A stretch of DNA of 64,000 nt, from assembly GCA_010093995.1 (NCBI GenBank), contig ML992502.1, positions 1,832,312 through 1,896,311 of the forward strand, read 5' to 3'. The stretch comes from Elsinoe ampelina (lineage: Eukaryota). Positions 36,712 to 47,298 of this stretch are shown one piece after another. Each line of letters starts with the position of its first letter. The stretch's first letter is position 1. The notes below the pieces were generated by a model, which was given only the letters and a program-made list of their open reading frames with translations, ran no database searches and was not told the DNA's origin. The translations under genes and the position numbers were made by a program.

Positions 36712-37944
36712 ATGGACTCATTCAACTTCGCCCGCGTCAAATCCTACCTCCCCACCGCTCCCGACCTGAGCAAACTCCCCGCGCTTCCCAAGAACATGCC
36801 TTCAATGCCACAGCTACCCTTCCAGCTCCCCACGGTCGGGGGCCTGCGCACACCTCCCGCTACCACCAATGACCTCTCAGAAGACACCTCCTACTCATCC
36901 CCGCTCCCCTCGGCAGAAGCTCCCACCAGCTCGGCTTCAAATCTCAACCCCCTCGACCCCACCCCAATCGACTCCTCCCTTCCCAAAACCAACCTCGACC
37001 TGATCAACGAATGCGACAACTTCCCCTACCTCTCCACCCACCCCGAGCTCTACTTCCGCCACACAAGCACCTACTACCATCTCCAAATCGCCGCCCACCC
37101 CGGCATCTGCCTAGGGTACATCCTCCCCCGCGTCGCCGCCGTCTTCGAAGGCCTCCCCGACTGGTCCGTCGACCACGACGAACGCACAGTCGTCCTCCTC
37201 CACGGCGACACTTCGGAAGAGCGCAGTCGAATCGTCCACAACACCACCACCGCAATGCGAGAAACCGGCCACTTCGAGATCCTCAAAGGGTGGAGGAACG
37301 AACTATACGACGTCTACGGTCCCACAGGCGAGGTGGTCTTCACCGTCGAACGAGCAGCGAGCGCCCTCCTCGGCGTGCTCACGTACGGATGCCACCTGAC
37401 GGCCTACACACGGGTAAAGAACGAGGCGGGCGAAGAAGAGCTGAAGATCTGGGTCCCGCGCCGGGCGAGGAGTAAGCAGACCTACGGCGGGATGCTGGAC
37501 AACACGGTCGCGGGCGGGCTGGCGACGGGGGAACTGCCGCTCGAGTGTCTGCTGCGGGAGGCGCAGGAAGAAGCGAGTCTGCCCGAGGAGCAGCTGAGGG
37601 AGCGCACGAGAGCCGTGGGGATCGTGAGTTATTTCCACATCAGGGACAGGAGGGCGGGGGGTGAGAGGGGCCTGTTGCAGCCTGAGTGTCAGTTTGTGTA
37701 TGATGCGGATTTGACGGGGACGGAGATCACGCCCAAGCCGGAGGATGGGGAGGTGGAGACGTTTGAGTTGATAGGGGTTGGGGAGGTGAGGGAGGCGATG
37801 AGCAAGGGGGAGTTTAAGCCGAATTGTGCGTTGGTGTTGCTGGATTTCTTTGTGAGGCATGGCGTGTTGACGCCGGATAATGAGAGGGATTATGTGAGGA
37901 TCGTGACGAGGTTGAGGAGGGGGATTGATTTCCCGACTCGATGA
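36712..37944 (+). CDS. Nudix hydrolase, YJR142W/thiamine-pyrophosphokinase-related
   Basis: GWRNELY, ERAASALLG, WVPRR..KQTYGGMLDNTVAGG, Nudix box REAQEEASL, FKPNCALV. Confidence 0.93.
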   Translation: MDSFNFARVKSYLPTAPDLSKLPALPKNMPSMPQLPFQLPTVGGLRTPPATTNDLSEDTSYSSPLPSAEAPTSSASNLNPLDPTPIDSSLPKTNLDLINECDNFPYLSTHPELYFRHTSTYYHLQIAAHPGICLGYILPRVAAVFEGLPDWSVDHDERTVVLLHGDTSEERSRIVHNTTTAMRETGHFEILKGWRNELYDVYGPTGEVVFTVERAASALLGVLTYGCHLTAYTRVKNEAGEEELKIWVPRRARSKQTYGGMLDNTVAGGLATGELPLECLLREAQEEASLPEEQLRERTRAVGIVSYFHIRDRRAGGERGLLQPECQFVYDADLTGTEITPKPEDGEVETFELIGVGEVREAMSKGEFKPNCALVLLDFFVRHGVLTPDNERDYVRIVTRLRRGIDFPTR

Positions 37945-38259
37945 TGCGATGGGATGAGGATCATGTTTGCTACGGCTGGGTATCATAGATGTCATTAAAA
38001 GCATGCTAGCGTTTAGCACATTGCTTGTATCCTCAGCTGCCTCTTTTCTGAATGGCGCTATCGTGTGGCTCTCTGGGTATCCTGAAGCAGAACTTTTCTC
38101 GTACCGCGCAGGTCACAGCGTATATTCTCATGTTCGCCACGAGCTGTAGTGGAGCTGCCATTCAGCCGCCTCCGGCCATCGTGACCTCAATGCTCTTTTG
38201 TCGGCCGTCCCAGTTCTCCTCCCAGCCATAGATATCATCTCCCAGTCTCTTGTAGCCCC

Positions 38260-38694
38260 TCACCTCTTCAACAACAAATACACCCACTCCACCCTCAACC
38301 CCGTCAACTTCCTATACGGCCCCTCCAAATACATCAACAACCCCCCGAAACTCACATACACCTTTATATTATCCCCACTCCCCTCCTCAAACCTATACAC
38401 CTTGCCATAGCACACATAATCCCACATGTCCGCCAACGTGGCCTCCTCGCCCTTGGCCACCGGCCGCCAACCCCGCGACGCATCCTCTTTCGTCCCGTCC
38501 AGGTTCAGCGTCGACGCGAGAAGCAGTTGCACCGGGTCGTTGAGGCTGAGCGGGTAGAGGTCCGTGTTGATGTCGAGTTTCATGACCGTGAGGCTGTCGG
38601 CGGACGTGCCGTCGACGCGGGCCACGCGGTCGTATTTGGCGCTGTTGACCGAGGTGATGGTGAACGAGTCTTCGTAGAGGTGGGAGTCGGACAT
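38260..38694 (-). CDS. RPB8: RNA polymerases I/II/III common subunit RPABC3
   Basis: KYDRVAR, LDINTDLYP, TLADMWDYVCYGKVY, SFGGLLM. Confidence 0.97.
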   Translation of the reverse strand: MSDSHLYEDSFTITSVNSAKYDRVARVDGTSADSLTVMKLDINTDLYPLSLNDPVQLLLASTLNLDGTKEDASRGWRPVAKGEEATLADMWDYVCYGKVYRFEEGSGDNIKVYVSFGGLLMYLEGPYRKLTGLRVEWVYLLLKR

Positions 38695-39114
38695 TGTGAG
38701 GGAATGGGTTGGGGGTGGGGTGCGGTGGGCGCGTGAGACTGGTGTATTTGGAGAGCTCGAGATGTTTGCGAGGAGATTGAAGAATTGGGCGCGACAGGTG
38801 AGGAGGTGAGGTTGTGGAAGGGGAGTCGGCGCGAGTGAAGTGTGAAAGCGAGTCCGGAGGTCAAAAAAAGTTGAGGTGGAGCGGGATGGGCTTGGCGTTT
38901 CTGGATGGCTTACTTTTGGGTCAACGACTTGTCACCTTTCTACTTCTTGAACAACGTTTCGTGCCTCATTCCATCGCGAGCAAAGCGAGGGCGGAAGTGT
39001 TGGAGCGAGAGGGTCAGAATATTAGAGTGAGGGTAAGGATGCGTTGGTACTCGTCATCTCATTATACATTTAATATCTACAAGACTTTTCTCCACCCTTC
39101 ACAGCAATATTGGC

Positions 39115-40380
39115 TCACACTCTCTTGGACTTCGAAAAACCAGAATACTGGTTGAATTGCGCCTTGTCGATCGCCTTGAGCTGTGGGCAGCCGAGAGAAC
39201 TAGTGACAGACCCGAACTGGTCGGTCAATTTGCTCAGAGGCGCAGTGATGGAAGTAAACAAGCCTCGGAGGATGTCCGGAAGGAATTGGACAGTAGCTTG
39301 GTAAGCCAAGCAGGCAGCGTTGTTGCCTTGAGCCAAATTACCGGCATTGTACAGACCGCCGCTGAGGTTCTCTGGGTCAATACCGACGTATGACCCTGTC
39401 GTACCAGTATTGCCACCTGGGATCAGGAATTGCGGGTGCTGCAGACCCATGGCATTGGTGTCGAGGTTGAGGAAGGGGATAGAGTAAGGATCAAGCCTGT
39501 TCCTGGTGTACCAGTTGTCGGGAATACGCTCCTGGCCTGGATTGTGCTTGAAGCTACCACTGTCGCCCTCGATAGCAAAGAAGGACTTGAGGACCTCGCC
39601 GTTCAATCGACCATCTGGATGCTCAGCAGACTTGTTTCCCATGAAACGATAGATGAATGAGTAAGCCGCTGGCGAGACAATGACGCCAGTGAAAGGCCCG
39701 TAGAAGAAGTTGGGGTTACGGTCGATGGACTGCTGGAATCGCTTTGCCCGGAAGTCGGTCAGCAAAGGAATGTCGTAATTGTCGTTGGCCTTGCCGAGGT
39801 CGAAGAGCTCTTGGAATTGGTCGAGTTGCAGGGCGAAGTCGTTACCACGCTCGTACAAATCGCCACGAGTGGGAGAAGCGTCGGACTCGTACTTGTTGTG
39901 GCTCCCAGAGATACCTTGTGGCTGGCCGACCAAACCGAGCAATCCCGGAACGGCACCTGAAGGGCCTCCAATGGACCATTTTGTTCCATCACCCGATACG
40001 ACTGCTCCGTATGTGGCCAGGAAGGTGGCGAGATCCACACCCATACCGAAGACCTTTGTGGTTCCCTCGATGAATTGGGTGATAGTGGCTACGCCATTGT
40101 GGGGGAGGTAGTTGTGGTTGGCGAGGGCGTTGAGTCCTGGACAAGGCCCTCTCTGGTCGCCCTTGCTGAAGTCGGGTGCGACAAAGGCATGCGAGCCGGA
40201 TGTGTCGATTCGCTGAGAGGCTGCATCAAAGGCAATGCTCTGTCGCTTTACCCGGCCGAGGAATGACCTGGACTTTTGCACTTCGGTCTCGCGAGCGACA
40301 TGCTCGAGGATGTTTGGATATGCCTCTGTCACAGCCACGAGGCCGAGGAGGGCAAGAGAGGAGAAACTAATGGTCTTCAT
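39115..40380 (-). CDS. Secreted heme-thiolate peroxidase / unspecific peroxygenase family
   Basis: Signal peptide, RGPCPGLNALANHNYLPHNG, SHNKYESDASPTRGD, ERIPDNWY. Confidence 0.93.
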   Translation of the reverse strand: MKTISFSSLALLGLVAVTEAYPNILEHVARETEVQKSRSFLGRVKRQSIAFDAASQRIDTSGSHAFVAPDFSKGDQRGPCPGLNALANHNYLPHNGVATITQFIEGTTKVFGMGVDLATFLATYGAVVSGDGTKWSIGGPSGAVPGLLGLVGQPQGISGSHNKYESDASPTRGDLYERGNDFALQLDQFQELFDLGKANDNYDIPLLTDFRAKRFQQSIDRNPNFFYGPFTGVIVSPAAYSFIYRFMGNKSAEHPDGRLNGEVLKSFFAIEGDSGSFKHNPGQERIPDNWYTRNRLDPYSIPFLNLDTNAMGLQHPQFLIPGGNTGTTGSYVGIDPENLSGGLYNAGNLAQGNNAACLAYQATVQFLPDILRGLFTSITAPLSKLTDQFGSVTSSLGCPQLKAIDKAQFNQYSGFSKSKRV

Positions 40381-41502
40381 GATGAAATAGAAAACTGGAC
40401 TTTGACCGACTTGGAAAAGCTGTCCTGGCGATGTTGCCGGCGTGTCGACATATATATGTTTCGATGAGGGGCTTCGCCATCTCGAAAATACCGAGGCATT
40501 TCAGGCCTCCAAGCAAAGTTTCCTGGTCGTTGTCAAAGATCAGCATGGTATCAAACCCCTTGTGGCTGGTAGGACTGGGGCAACAAAGGCACGCGGAGGC
40601 ATAACGGGATAATGGCAACACCGTGATTGGATGAGAGGTAAGAAATGATGGAAATACAGTTCCCAGGTCGTGCGGAGGTACACTGGGGGCGGAACCTTGG
40701 TGAGTGTGCATGGTACGTAAATGGTAAGCTTGATGCAACTCACTTACCCCATAAAGTGAGCTTGTAAGATGGTGCAACCAAACGGTCAGAGGGGCTGAGA
40801 AGGGTTGTTCTCATTCGTCGAGCCTGGCTGCAAGTGTAACGTTTCTGGAAAGCATGACAGATGATCTGCAGTGATCGACACGGTTGCGGAGGTGCCGGCC
40901 AAGGAGAGGCGTCCGGGGATGCATTTGGTTGTCGATCTCCAAACGTCCTCGAGTGTTTAGTCAATTCTGCTTTGCAAACTCGTCAGTGGCTCCGGATATT
41001 TGGCCATTGATACAGGAGAGAGTGGCACATGTTTTCCGGACCGCAGTCTAGGAATTGCAAATCCCTGGGATGGCAATCGACACAAAAAGGACATAGGCAA
41101 TGGCTCCTTAGTGCTGGGATCGCGATACCTCTTCCAGGCCTGATAGTCCCTAACCATTCGGTCTGGCAGATGCTCCGCCAGATTGAAGTTTGATTCAGAG
41201 TCACAGAGTCGCACGGCTGGTGGGGTACGCAAACACTCCTTGTCGCCGAGCATACCTTACGCTTGATCAAAGCTTAAAGCGCCATTTTGTCATCCTCCAT
41301 TTCAAGTGAATAGCCTTTGACTTACACGCTATTGCCTTGTCTGCAATGAGACTATTGTACGTTTACTGTAAAAAGCAAATCGTGTATGTCTTCGAAAATG
41401 ACCACGTGACCGGTGAACCTCGGCAAAATTTGCCAGAATTTGCAGGAGCTCGAGGCTTCGAGCATCAACAGTGAAGATCGGAATCAAATCAGAGCATGTC
41501 AC

Positions 41503-42720
41503 ATGGCATTCCGGAAGCGTAATGTGGGCGTCCAGCGAGCGGTTCCTGGCACAGTCGATGCTGCGAGCCACAATCCTGTGACGGCTCCTGTCTCGACGCC
41601 TGGCCTTCGACCATCGCCCCTCACAGGTCAAGCAACCACGTCCACGGGTATCGGAAGTTTGGACAGCTTCTTGGGCGGTCATACTGGATTAGCAACAGGT
41701 TCCTCGATACTCATTGAAGAATCTGGCACGACCGACTTTTCGGGTGCTCTACTCAAATTCTTCGCCGCAGAAGGCATCACACAGGGACATCATGTGCAAA
41801 TTGTGGGCGTGGGAGAGCAATGGGTTCGAGAACTACCGGGTCTAGCCGGGTCCTCCGAGAGCTCGAGACACGGCAAGACATCGGCATCTCAGGACGACGA
41901 CAAGATGAAGATTGCTTGGCGATATGAACGACTAGGCCAACATGACGGTACCCGACCTGGTGCGGTGACGCCCAACCGCGGACCGACAGTAGCGGCAGCG
42001 AGTAGCAGTGAGGCATCCGAAGCCATCTTCTGTCATAACTTCGACCTTGCGAAGCGACTTGCTATCTCGCCAGCAAGTATCATAAAGCACATCCCAATGA
42101 CACCGCTGTCCCCAACATCTAAACCGCCCTTCCACGATGTCATCCGCAGTATCGCCGCCAACATTCAGAGCTCGCCGCCTGCATCTTTCCATAGGATTAT
42201 CATTCCATCTATACTGTCACCTGCCTTCTACCCACCACATGCCGGCAGCCCGGAGCATTTCCTGCAATTCCTGCACTCATTACGAGCAGTGCTGCGCCAG
42301 CATGCAGACCGTGTAGTGGCCATGTTGTCCATACCCACCGAGCTCTATCGGAGATCTTCAGGTCTCGTGAGGTGGGCAGAACAACTCAGCGACGGCGTGA
42401 TAGAGCTGCAGCCTTTCCCGCACATGATGGATGCTGCGAGTTCGTTGGCCGAATCTGGAGGAGCGAGGACTGGCGAGGAGCAGCCCCAGGGCATGCTCAA
42501 GTTACATAAGCTCCCGGCCTTGACCGAGCGTGGAGCAAATGCAGCCGCTGGGGCAGGCGTTGGCGATGATTTGTCCTTCACGTTGAGCAGGAGAAAGTTC
42601 CTGATCAAGCCGTTCAGTCTTCCGCCACTCGAGCGAGAAGAGAACCAGACTTCACATCCAGAGACCTCTTCTAGCTCCAGTGCGTTGGGAACGAGCAAAA
42701 AGGCAGATATTGAGTTCTGA
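41503..42720 (+). CDS. ELP4: Elongator complex subunit 4 (PAXNEB)
   Basis: MAFRKRN, PGLRPSPL..TSTG..SLD, IEESGTTDF, MKIAWRYE, FCHNFDL, IKPFSLPP. Confidence 0.96.
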   Translation: MAFRKRNVGVQRAVPGTVDAASHNPVTAPVSTPGLRPSPLTGQATTSTGIGSLDSFLGGHTGLATGSSILIEESGTTDFSGALLKFFAAEGITQGHHVQIVGVGEQWVRELPGLAGSSESSRHGKTSASQDDDKMKIAWRYERLGQHDGTRPGAVTPNRGPTVAAASSSEASEAIFCHNFDLAKRLAISPASIIKHIPMTPLSPTSKPPFHDVIRSIAANIQSSPPASFHRIIIPSILSPAFYPPHAGSPEHFLQFLHSLRAVLRQHADRVVAMLSIPTELYRRSSGLVRWAEQLSDGVIELQPFPHMMDAASSLAESGGARTGEEQPQGMLKLHKLPALTERGANAAAGAGVGDDLSFTLSRRKFLIKPFSLPPLEREENQTSHPETSSSSSALGTSKKADIEF

Positions 42721-42742
42721 ATAATGATAGACGTGATACCTC

Positions 42743-43045
42743 TCAATCTTCCTCCGAGTCGTGACGTCCGTCCATCATGTCTTCCATCTCAATCTGCTCC
42801 CATCCACCTTGACCAGCCCCAGAAGTCATGTGTCGTGCATAGCTAAGTCCATAGCTGCCCATACGAGGATTGATGGTGACGCCGCCGAATCGTGTTCGGA
42901 ACGAGTCTCCGAGGCATGAAGAAAGGGCACACCAGGCTAGGGTCCACGTCAGTAATCTGGCAGAAGGGATCCGGGAATGCAAGCTACCAATCAGCAGGAT
43001 GAAAGGAAGGCCTAGTAGTAAGCCTAGAAGAACAAAAACGTCCAT
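42743..43045 (-). CDS. Small single-pass membrane protein (~83 aa after splicing)
   Basis: Hydrophobic N-terminus; in-frame 51-nt GTAGCT..CTGAC..TAG intron; acidic tail GGWEQIEMEDM. Confidence 0.6.
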   Translation of the reverse strand: MDVFVLLGLLLGLPFILLIGSLHSRIPSARLLTWTLAWCALSSCLGDSFRTRFGGVTINPRMGSYGLSYARHMTSGAGQGGWEQIEMEDMMDGRHDSEED

Positions 43046-43821
43046 GGTATTGATACTTGACAGCGACGAAGCAGGAGGGAAGTGGCCTGGAGAATCGCAG
43101 TTCTTCTCGCAGGCAACTTTAGCCGATAAAGACGGTCACGTGCAAGCTTCAGTGTCCATGGCATATGGAGAAACTTGCTCTTGTTCAATTCACTCCTTCT
43201 ACTTAGTCGAACAATACCTGAAGTATCCGCAACGGCTTGGATCATGTTTGGACCATCTATGAGGGTGGGCCCGCCGGAGGCTTCACCTCCCTGCTCCCAC
43301 CACTGCTACTCCACTCTCAGCCACTACCTGGCAGCTACAGTAAGATCGGCGTCTGGAGAGGCAAATTCACTGTGTTATCTTCCATGCGCGTATTCGAAAA
43401 TGTTTGTCTGTGAGCATATCCAAGATGAATGCAGGCGATCAACTTCAGATTAGCCGCCACAAGCGCTCGCGCGGCTAGACCCCACGGAAAGATTCAGCTC
43501 ACCATCAACGGTCCAGTCATTTTGGAAAGTGTGTTTATTTGCAACATTCACCGATGGCTTGAACGAAACCAGTGTCAACGATCTCTGCATCGTTCACTTC
43601 CTCTCTTTATTTCTGTAAGTCTTGACTCTATCCTCACCACGATCACAGGATTATACACGCAATTTTATCAATCTGTCAATCCCCTGAAGGCTCTGCCTGT
43701 TGACGAAAATAAATGCTACGCTCTTTATGACTCTTGATCAAGACCACTCACACTTTGTCTCTATTGCATCTCGAAGCTCTTCGCTGACTTTCGACCTGCA
43801 GTCCCTCTCATCTGTCCAGTC

Positions 43822-45045
43822 ATGACTATCCCGACCGTTTCCGAGCCCATCCCCATCCACCTCGTCTCCTCCCGCTACCTCGTCCATGATGCCAATCATG
43901 TGGCTCACCTCCGCCGGTCACACAATATGACTGGCGTCCATATCGGCGGGCTTCCCCAAGCTGCTCAGCAGAATGTTTTCCTCGGTCTTCCAGTAGAGCT
44001 GATGCCCGAGGAGGCAGCTCTGCTCGTCGAAAAGGGAGCAGCATACATCGTGAATGACCCGGCACAACACTCGTCCGCCTTCCTCGCCAATGGCCTGTCC
44101 GCCGAGGAGAAACAACGCTTCCAAGACCTCCTCCACCAACAAGGCACCAACGCAGCAGAAGAGCAACAAGCCCGCGCCGAAGCCCGCAAAGACAGCGCCC
44201 TCCAACGCATCGCCTCCAAAACCGGCGTCGAAAAAGAAGACGTGCTCAAGAAAAAGGTTGGCAACGGGGACATGGACAACTGGAACGACCTCCCGGAGGA
44301 CATGCTCGCGCCACGCCCTCGCGGTGCCCGCACCAAAAGCAGCAGCAGCCGTCGCCGCGGCGACCGCAGCGCCAGCAGCTCCGTCGGACCCAGCAGACAA
44401 GGCAGCGCGGGACCGCCCATGGTCGGGTCCGGCCCGCCATCGGGGCCTCCGTCAGGAGCAAGGACACCGGTAGGCGAAGGTCAGGAACCACTTCTCTCCT
44501 CTGCTGCACCGGCAGGGGAGACTCCCGAGAAGGCAGCAGAGACTGAGACCGCACAGGACGATGAAGCGAGCGAGCAGGATGACAGTCTGTTTGCTTCCCC
44601 TCAGCCGGCGAGCGCGAGGGCGACGACCAAGCGGGCTGGGAGGGACGTGCAGCCCCACGGTATCACGCCGACAACGTCGTACCCACCGCTCGTCGCGAAG
44701 GCGCCCGGTGCAAACACGGAGAGGATCGAGGTACCGGTGCCGAAGAGCTATCCGCTTTACAAGCATCTAAATGCGAAGGGCTACTTTCTCGCTCCCGGGC
44801 TGAGGTTCGGTTGTCAGTACATGGCGTACGCCGGGGACCCGTTGAGGTACCACAGCCACTTTCTCTGCAACGGGAAGGAGTGGGATGAGGAGTGGGATTT
44901 GATGGAGCTGGTGGGTGGTGGGAGACTGGGGACTGGTGTGAAGAAGGGATTTCTCCTTGGTGGGGTGGAGAGGAGTAAGAGCGAGGTCGACGGTGACAAG
45001 GAAGGGGACGTGAGGACTTTTGTGGTCGAGTGGGCGGGCATGTAA
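43822..45045 (+). CDS. SEN34: tRNA-splicing endonuclease catalytic subunit
   Basis: QQNVFLGLPVELMPEEA, PGLRFGCQYMAYAGDPLRYHSHF, GRLGTGVKK, EWAGM. Confidence 0.96.
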   Translation: MTIPTVSEPIPIHLVSSRYLVHDANHVAHLRRSHNMTGVHIGGLPQAAQQNVFLGLPVELMPEEAALLVEKGAAYIVNDPAQHSSAFLANGLSAEEKQRFQDLLHQQGTNAAEEQQARAEARKDSALQRIASKTGVEKEDVLKKKVGNGDMDNWNDLPEDMLAPRPRGARTKSSSSRRRGDRSASSSVGPSRQGSAGPPMVGSGPPSGPPSGARTPVGEGQEPLLSSAAPAGETPEKAAETETAQDDEASEQDDSLFASPQPASARATTKRAGRDVQPHGITPTTSYPPLVAKAPGANTERIEVPVPKSYPLYKHLNAKGYFLAPGLRFGCQYMAYAGDPLRYHSHFLCNGKEWDEEWDLMELVGGGRLGTGVKKGFLLGGVERSKSEVDGDKEGDVRTFVVEWAGM

Positions 45046-45153
45046 GATGACTGGAGAGGAGGTGGTGATGAGATATGATACCCATAGACTATGACCAAAT
45101 CGAATGTGTCCACGAGGATCAGAACATTCCTGTACATGCTTCTACACGGCATT

Positions 45154-46927
45154 TCAACATCCCAAGTATCTGCTCTCCACCCACCTCGTCTCTTCATCAT
45201 CAACGACTCTTCCTACCACAACTCTAATGTCAGGGTAGACGCTCATCAACCTCGCCAACCCCATTCTGCCCGCCATGTACGTGACAAACACTATCCTTCC
45301 TTCTTCTACACCATGATCAATCAACACCCTCACAGCCATCAACGCCGCCCCTCCACTCGCCATCTGCGGATCCAAAAGCATCACGCTCTCATGCCGATCT
45401 ATGTCCTGCGACATGTTGTAGTAGTGCAGTTCCGGCTCGCCATTGCGGTGGTTTGTCTGGATCAAGATCCTTCCTGTTCGGCAGTCTGGGATGACACGCT
45501 TGAGACCTGTTTCGAGAATCGCGCCGCCCCGCAGGATGACGACGGCTGAGATCTCGCCTTCTTGTATCAGGCCGGCGTATGGCTGATTGGTCGGGGTTTT
45601 GACGTCGACGTTGTTGAAGGGGACGCAGGTGGTGGCTGTTTCGACGAGAAGAGAGCAGAGGCGGTCGAAGTAGAAGATGAAGTCCTCGGTCGAGGTGGAG
45701 GGGTCTAGGAGGAGGGTGTTGATGCCCATGACTTGTGAGGTTTGGGTGAGGATGATGACGTTGGTGGAGAAGGGTTGGGATCTGGAGGCGACGGTGCCTA
45801 GGCGGCGCAGCTCGACTTGGTGGAGGCGGGATTTGGAGGTGAGGGTTTTGTGGATGCGGTCGGTGACCATGCCTTGGATGATCAGTATAAGCAAGGGCAG
45901 GACGGGTAGATGAAGTCTTACTGATAGCAACTATGTTCTCGATGCCGCGGGGTACAATAATATCTGTCATGCGTTAGCATGAGTTACGCATTGGTAGTGC
46001 TACTGTGTTGTGTATAAGAGCAGATCAGATAGGAGCGAAAGATGGATAGGTTTTTCCACACGGTTATTGCGGTTGAACTATGCTTATGGTAGGTGTATCA
46101 TCATTGTGCATATAAGAACGAAAGGGATACTGACCTGCAGATAATCGTTGTGGCTCGACGAATTTGGTGAAATTAGGCTTAACAAATCCAAACCATTGCT
46201 TGATACAGCCCTCTATGTCTCTACCTCTATCACGCACATCTCGAACGACTGTAGCCATGGTCAGCATTGAGACTTTTCTCGACACGAGAGACTCACGTCG
46301 TCGAGATAGGCACAAGTCTGCGTCAGCCTCGCAGTAAATCTGAATGCGGTCAGCATCAAGAGTGCGACTCCAGGCAATCAAAGGCATACCTTGAGGTCTA
46401 GGATATCTAAAACTCTCTTATCGTGCAGCGCGAAGATGCCCTCGAGTATTAGTACATGTGGCGAATATATGGTAGTCGTGCGGTCTATTCTATTATGCTT
46501 CTCGAAAGAATAGTTTGGTATTTCTGCTTTCTTTCTGTGACTGTGTGAGCACAAGGTACGTCTATAAGAGACTCGACAAACCCTTCTTTGATCTCGCGAA
46601 GCTTTTCGACTAGCATATCAAAATCTATGGCGTCTGGAGCATCAAAATCGTACTCGTTTGCGAATGCCAACTTTGACTGAGCCGGAGTGAGGGGCTTGTA
46701 AAAAGAGTCCTTGTAGGCATTAGATGATGGACTACCCATCGGAAGGCTTAGGCTACCATTGACAAAATCACGACCCATGGCAGACTAAGCTGTCGGATGA
46801 TAGCCAACGCCAGAGAAGTCTTGCCTGACCCAGAACTCCCCGCTATGCCGATAATACTGGTGTTGTTCCATGGCGGCGAGTAGTGAGCACGCTCAATCCG
46901 CGAGAAGTCGCCAGACGCTGAGGACAT
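45154..46927 (-). CDS. URK1: Uridine kinase with C-terminal UPRTase-like domain
   Basis: YSPPW..IIGIAGSSGSGKTS, DSFYK, YDFDAPDAID, ILEGIFA, FIFYFDRL, LLDPQMASGGAA; multiple introns. Confidence 0.96.
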
Positions 46928-47298
46928 GTTTCCAATGCCCTTGTATGATGGTTTCTCCAGTCACCATCGTGCCCTTGTAGATCTAATGGTACATGTCGCG
47001 TGATCAAAGAAGTGGAGGAGAAGGGAGAGACTCGGGTCTGATTTTGATAGTGGGTCGAAGCTCAGGCTTGGCGCTGCCGGCAATCTCATTTTGCTTCCCA
47101 CTTTGCACAGCTCTCATCTTTTGACCTACAGCACATTCTTTCATCACTGGTCTGAGCTATTCGGTGAAGATCGTTAAGCCTCCTTCAATGCTGTGAAAGA
47201 CTCTTGCTTGTCACGGCCAGGCTGTGACGAAGGTGAGACATCTTCAATCGGAGGACATCTCCAATCGATTACTGACCATGAACTAGGCACAAATCACC

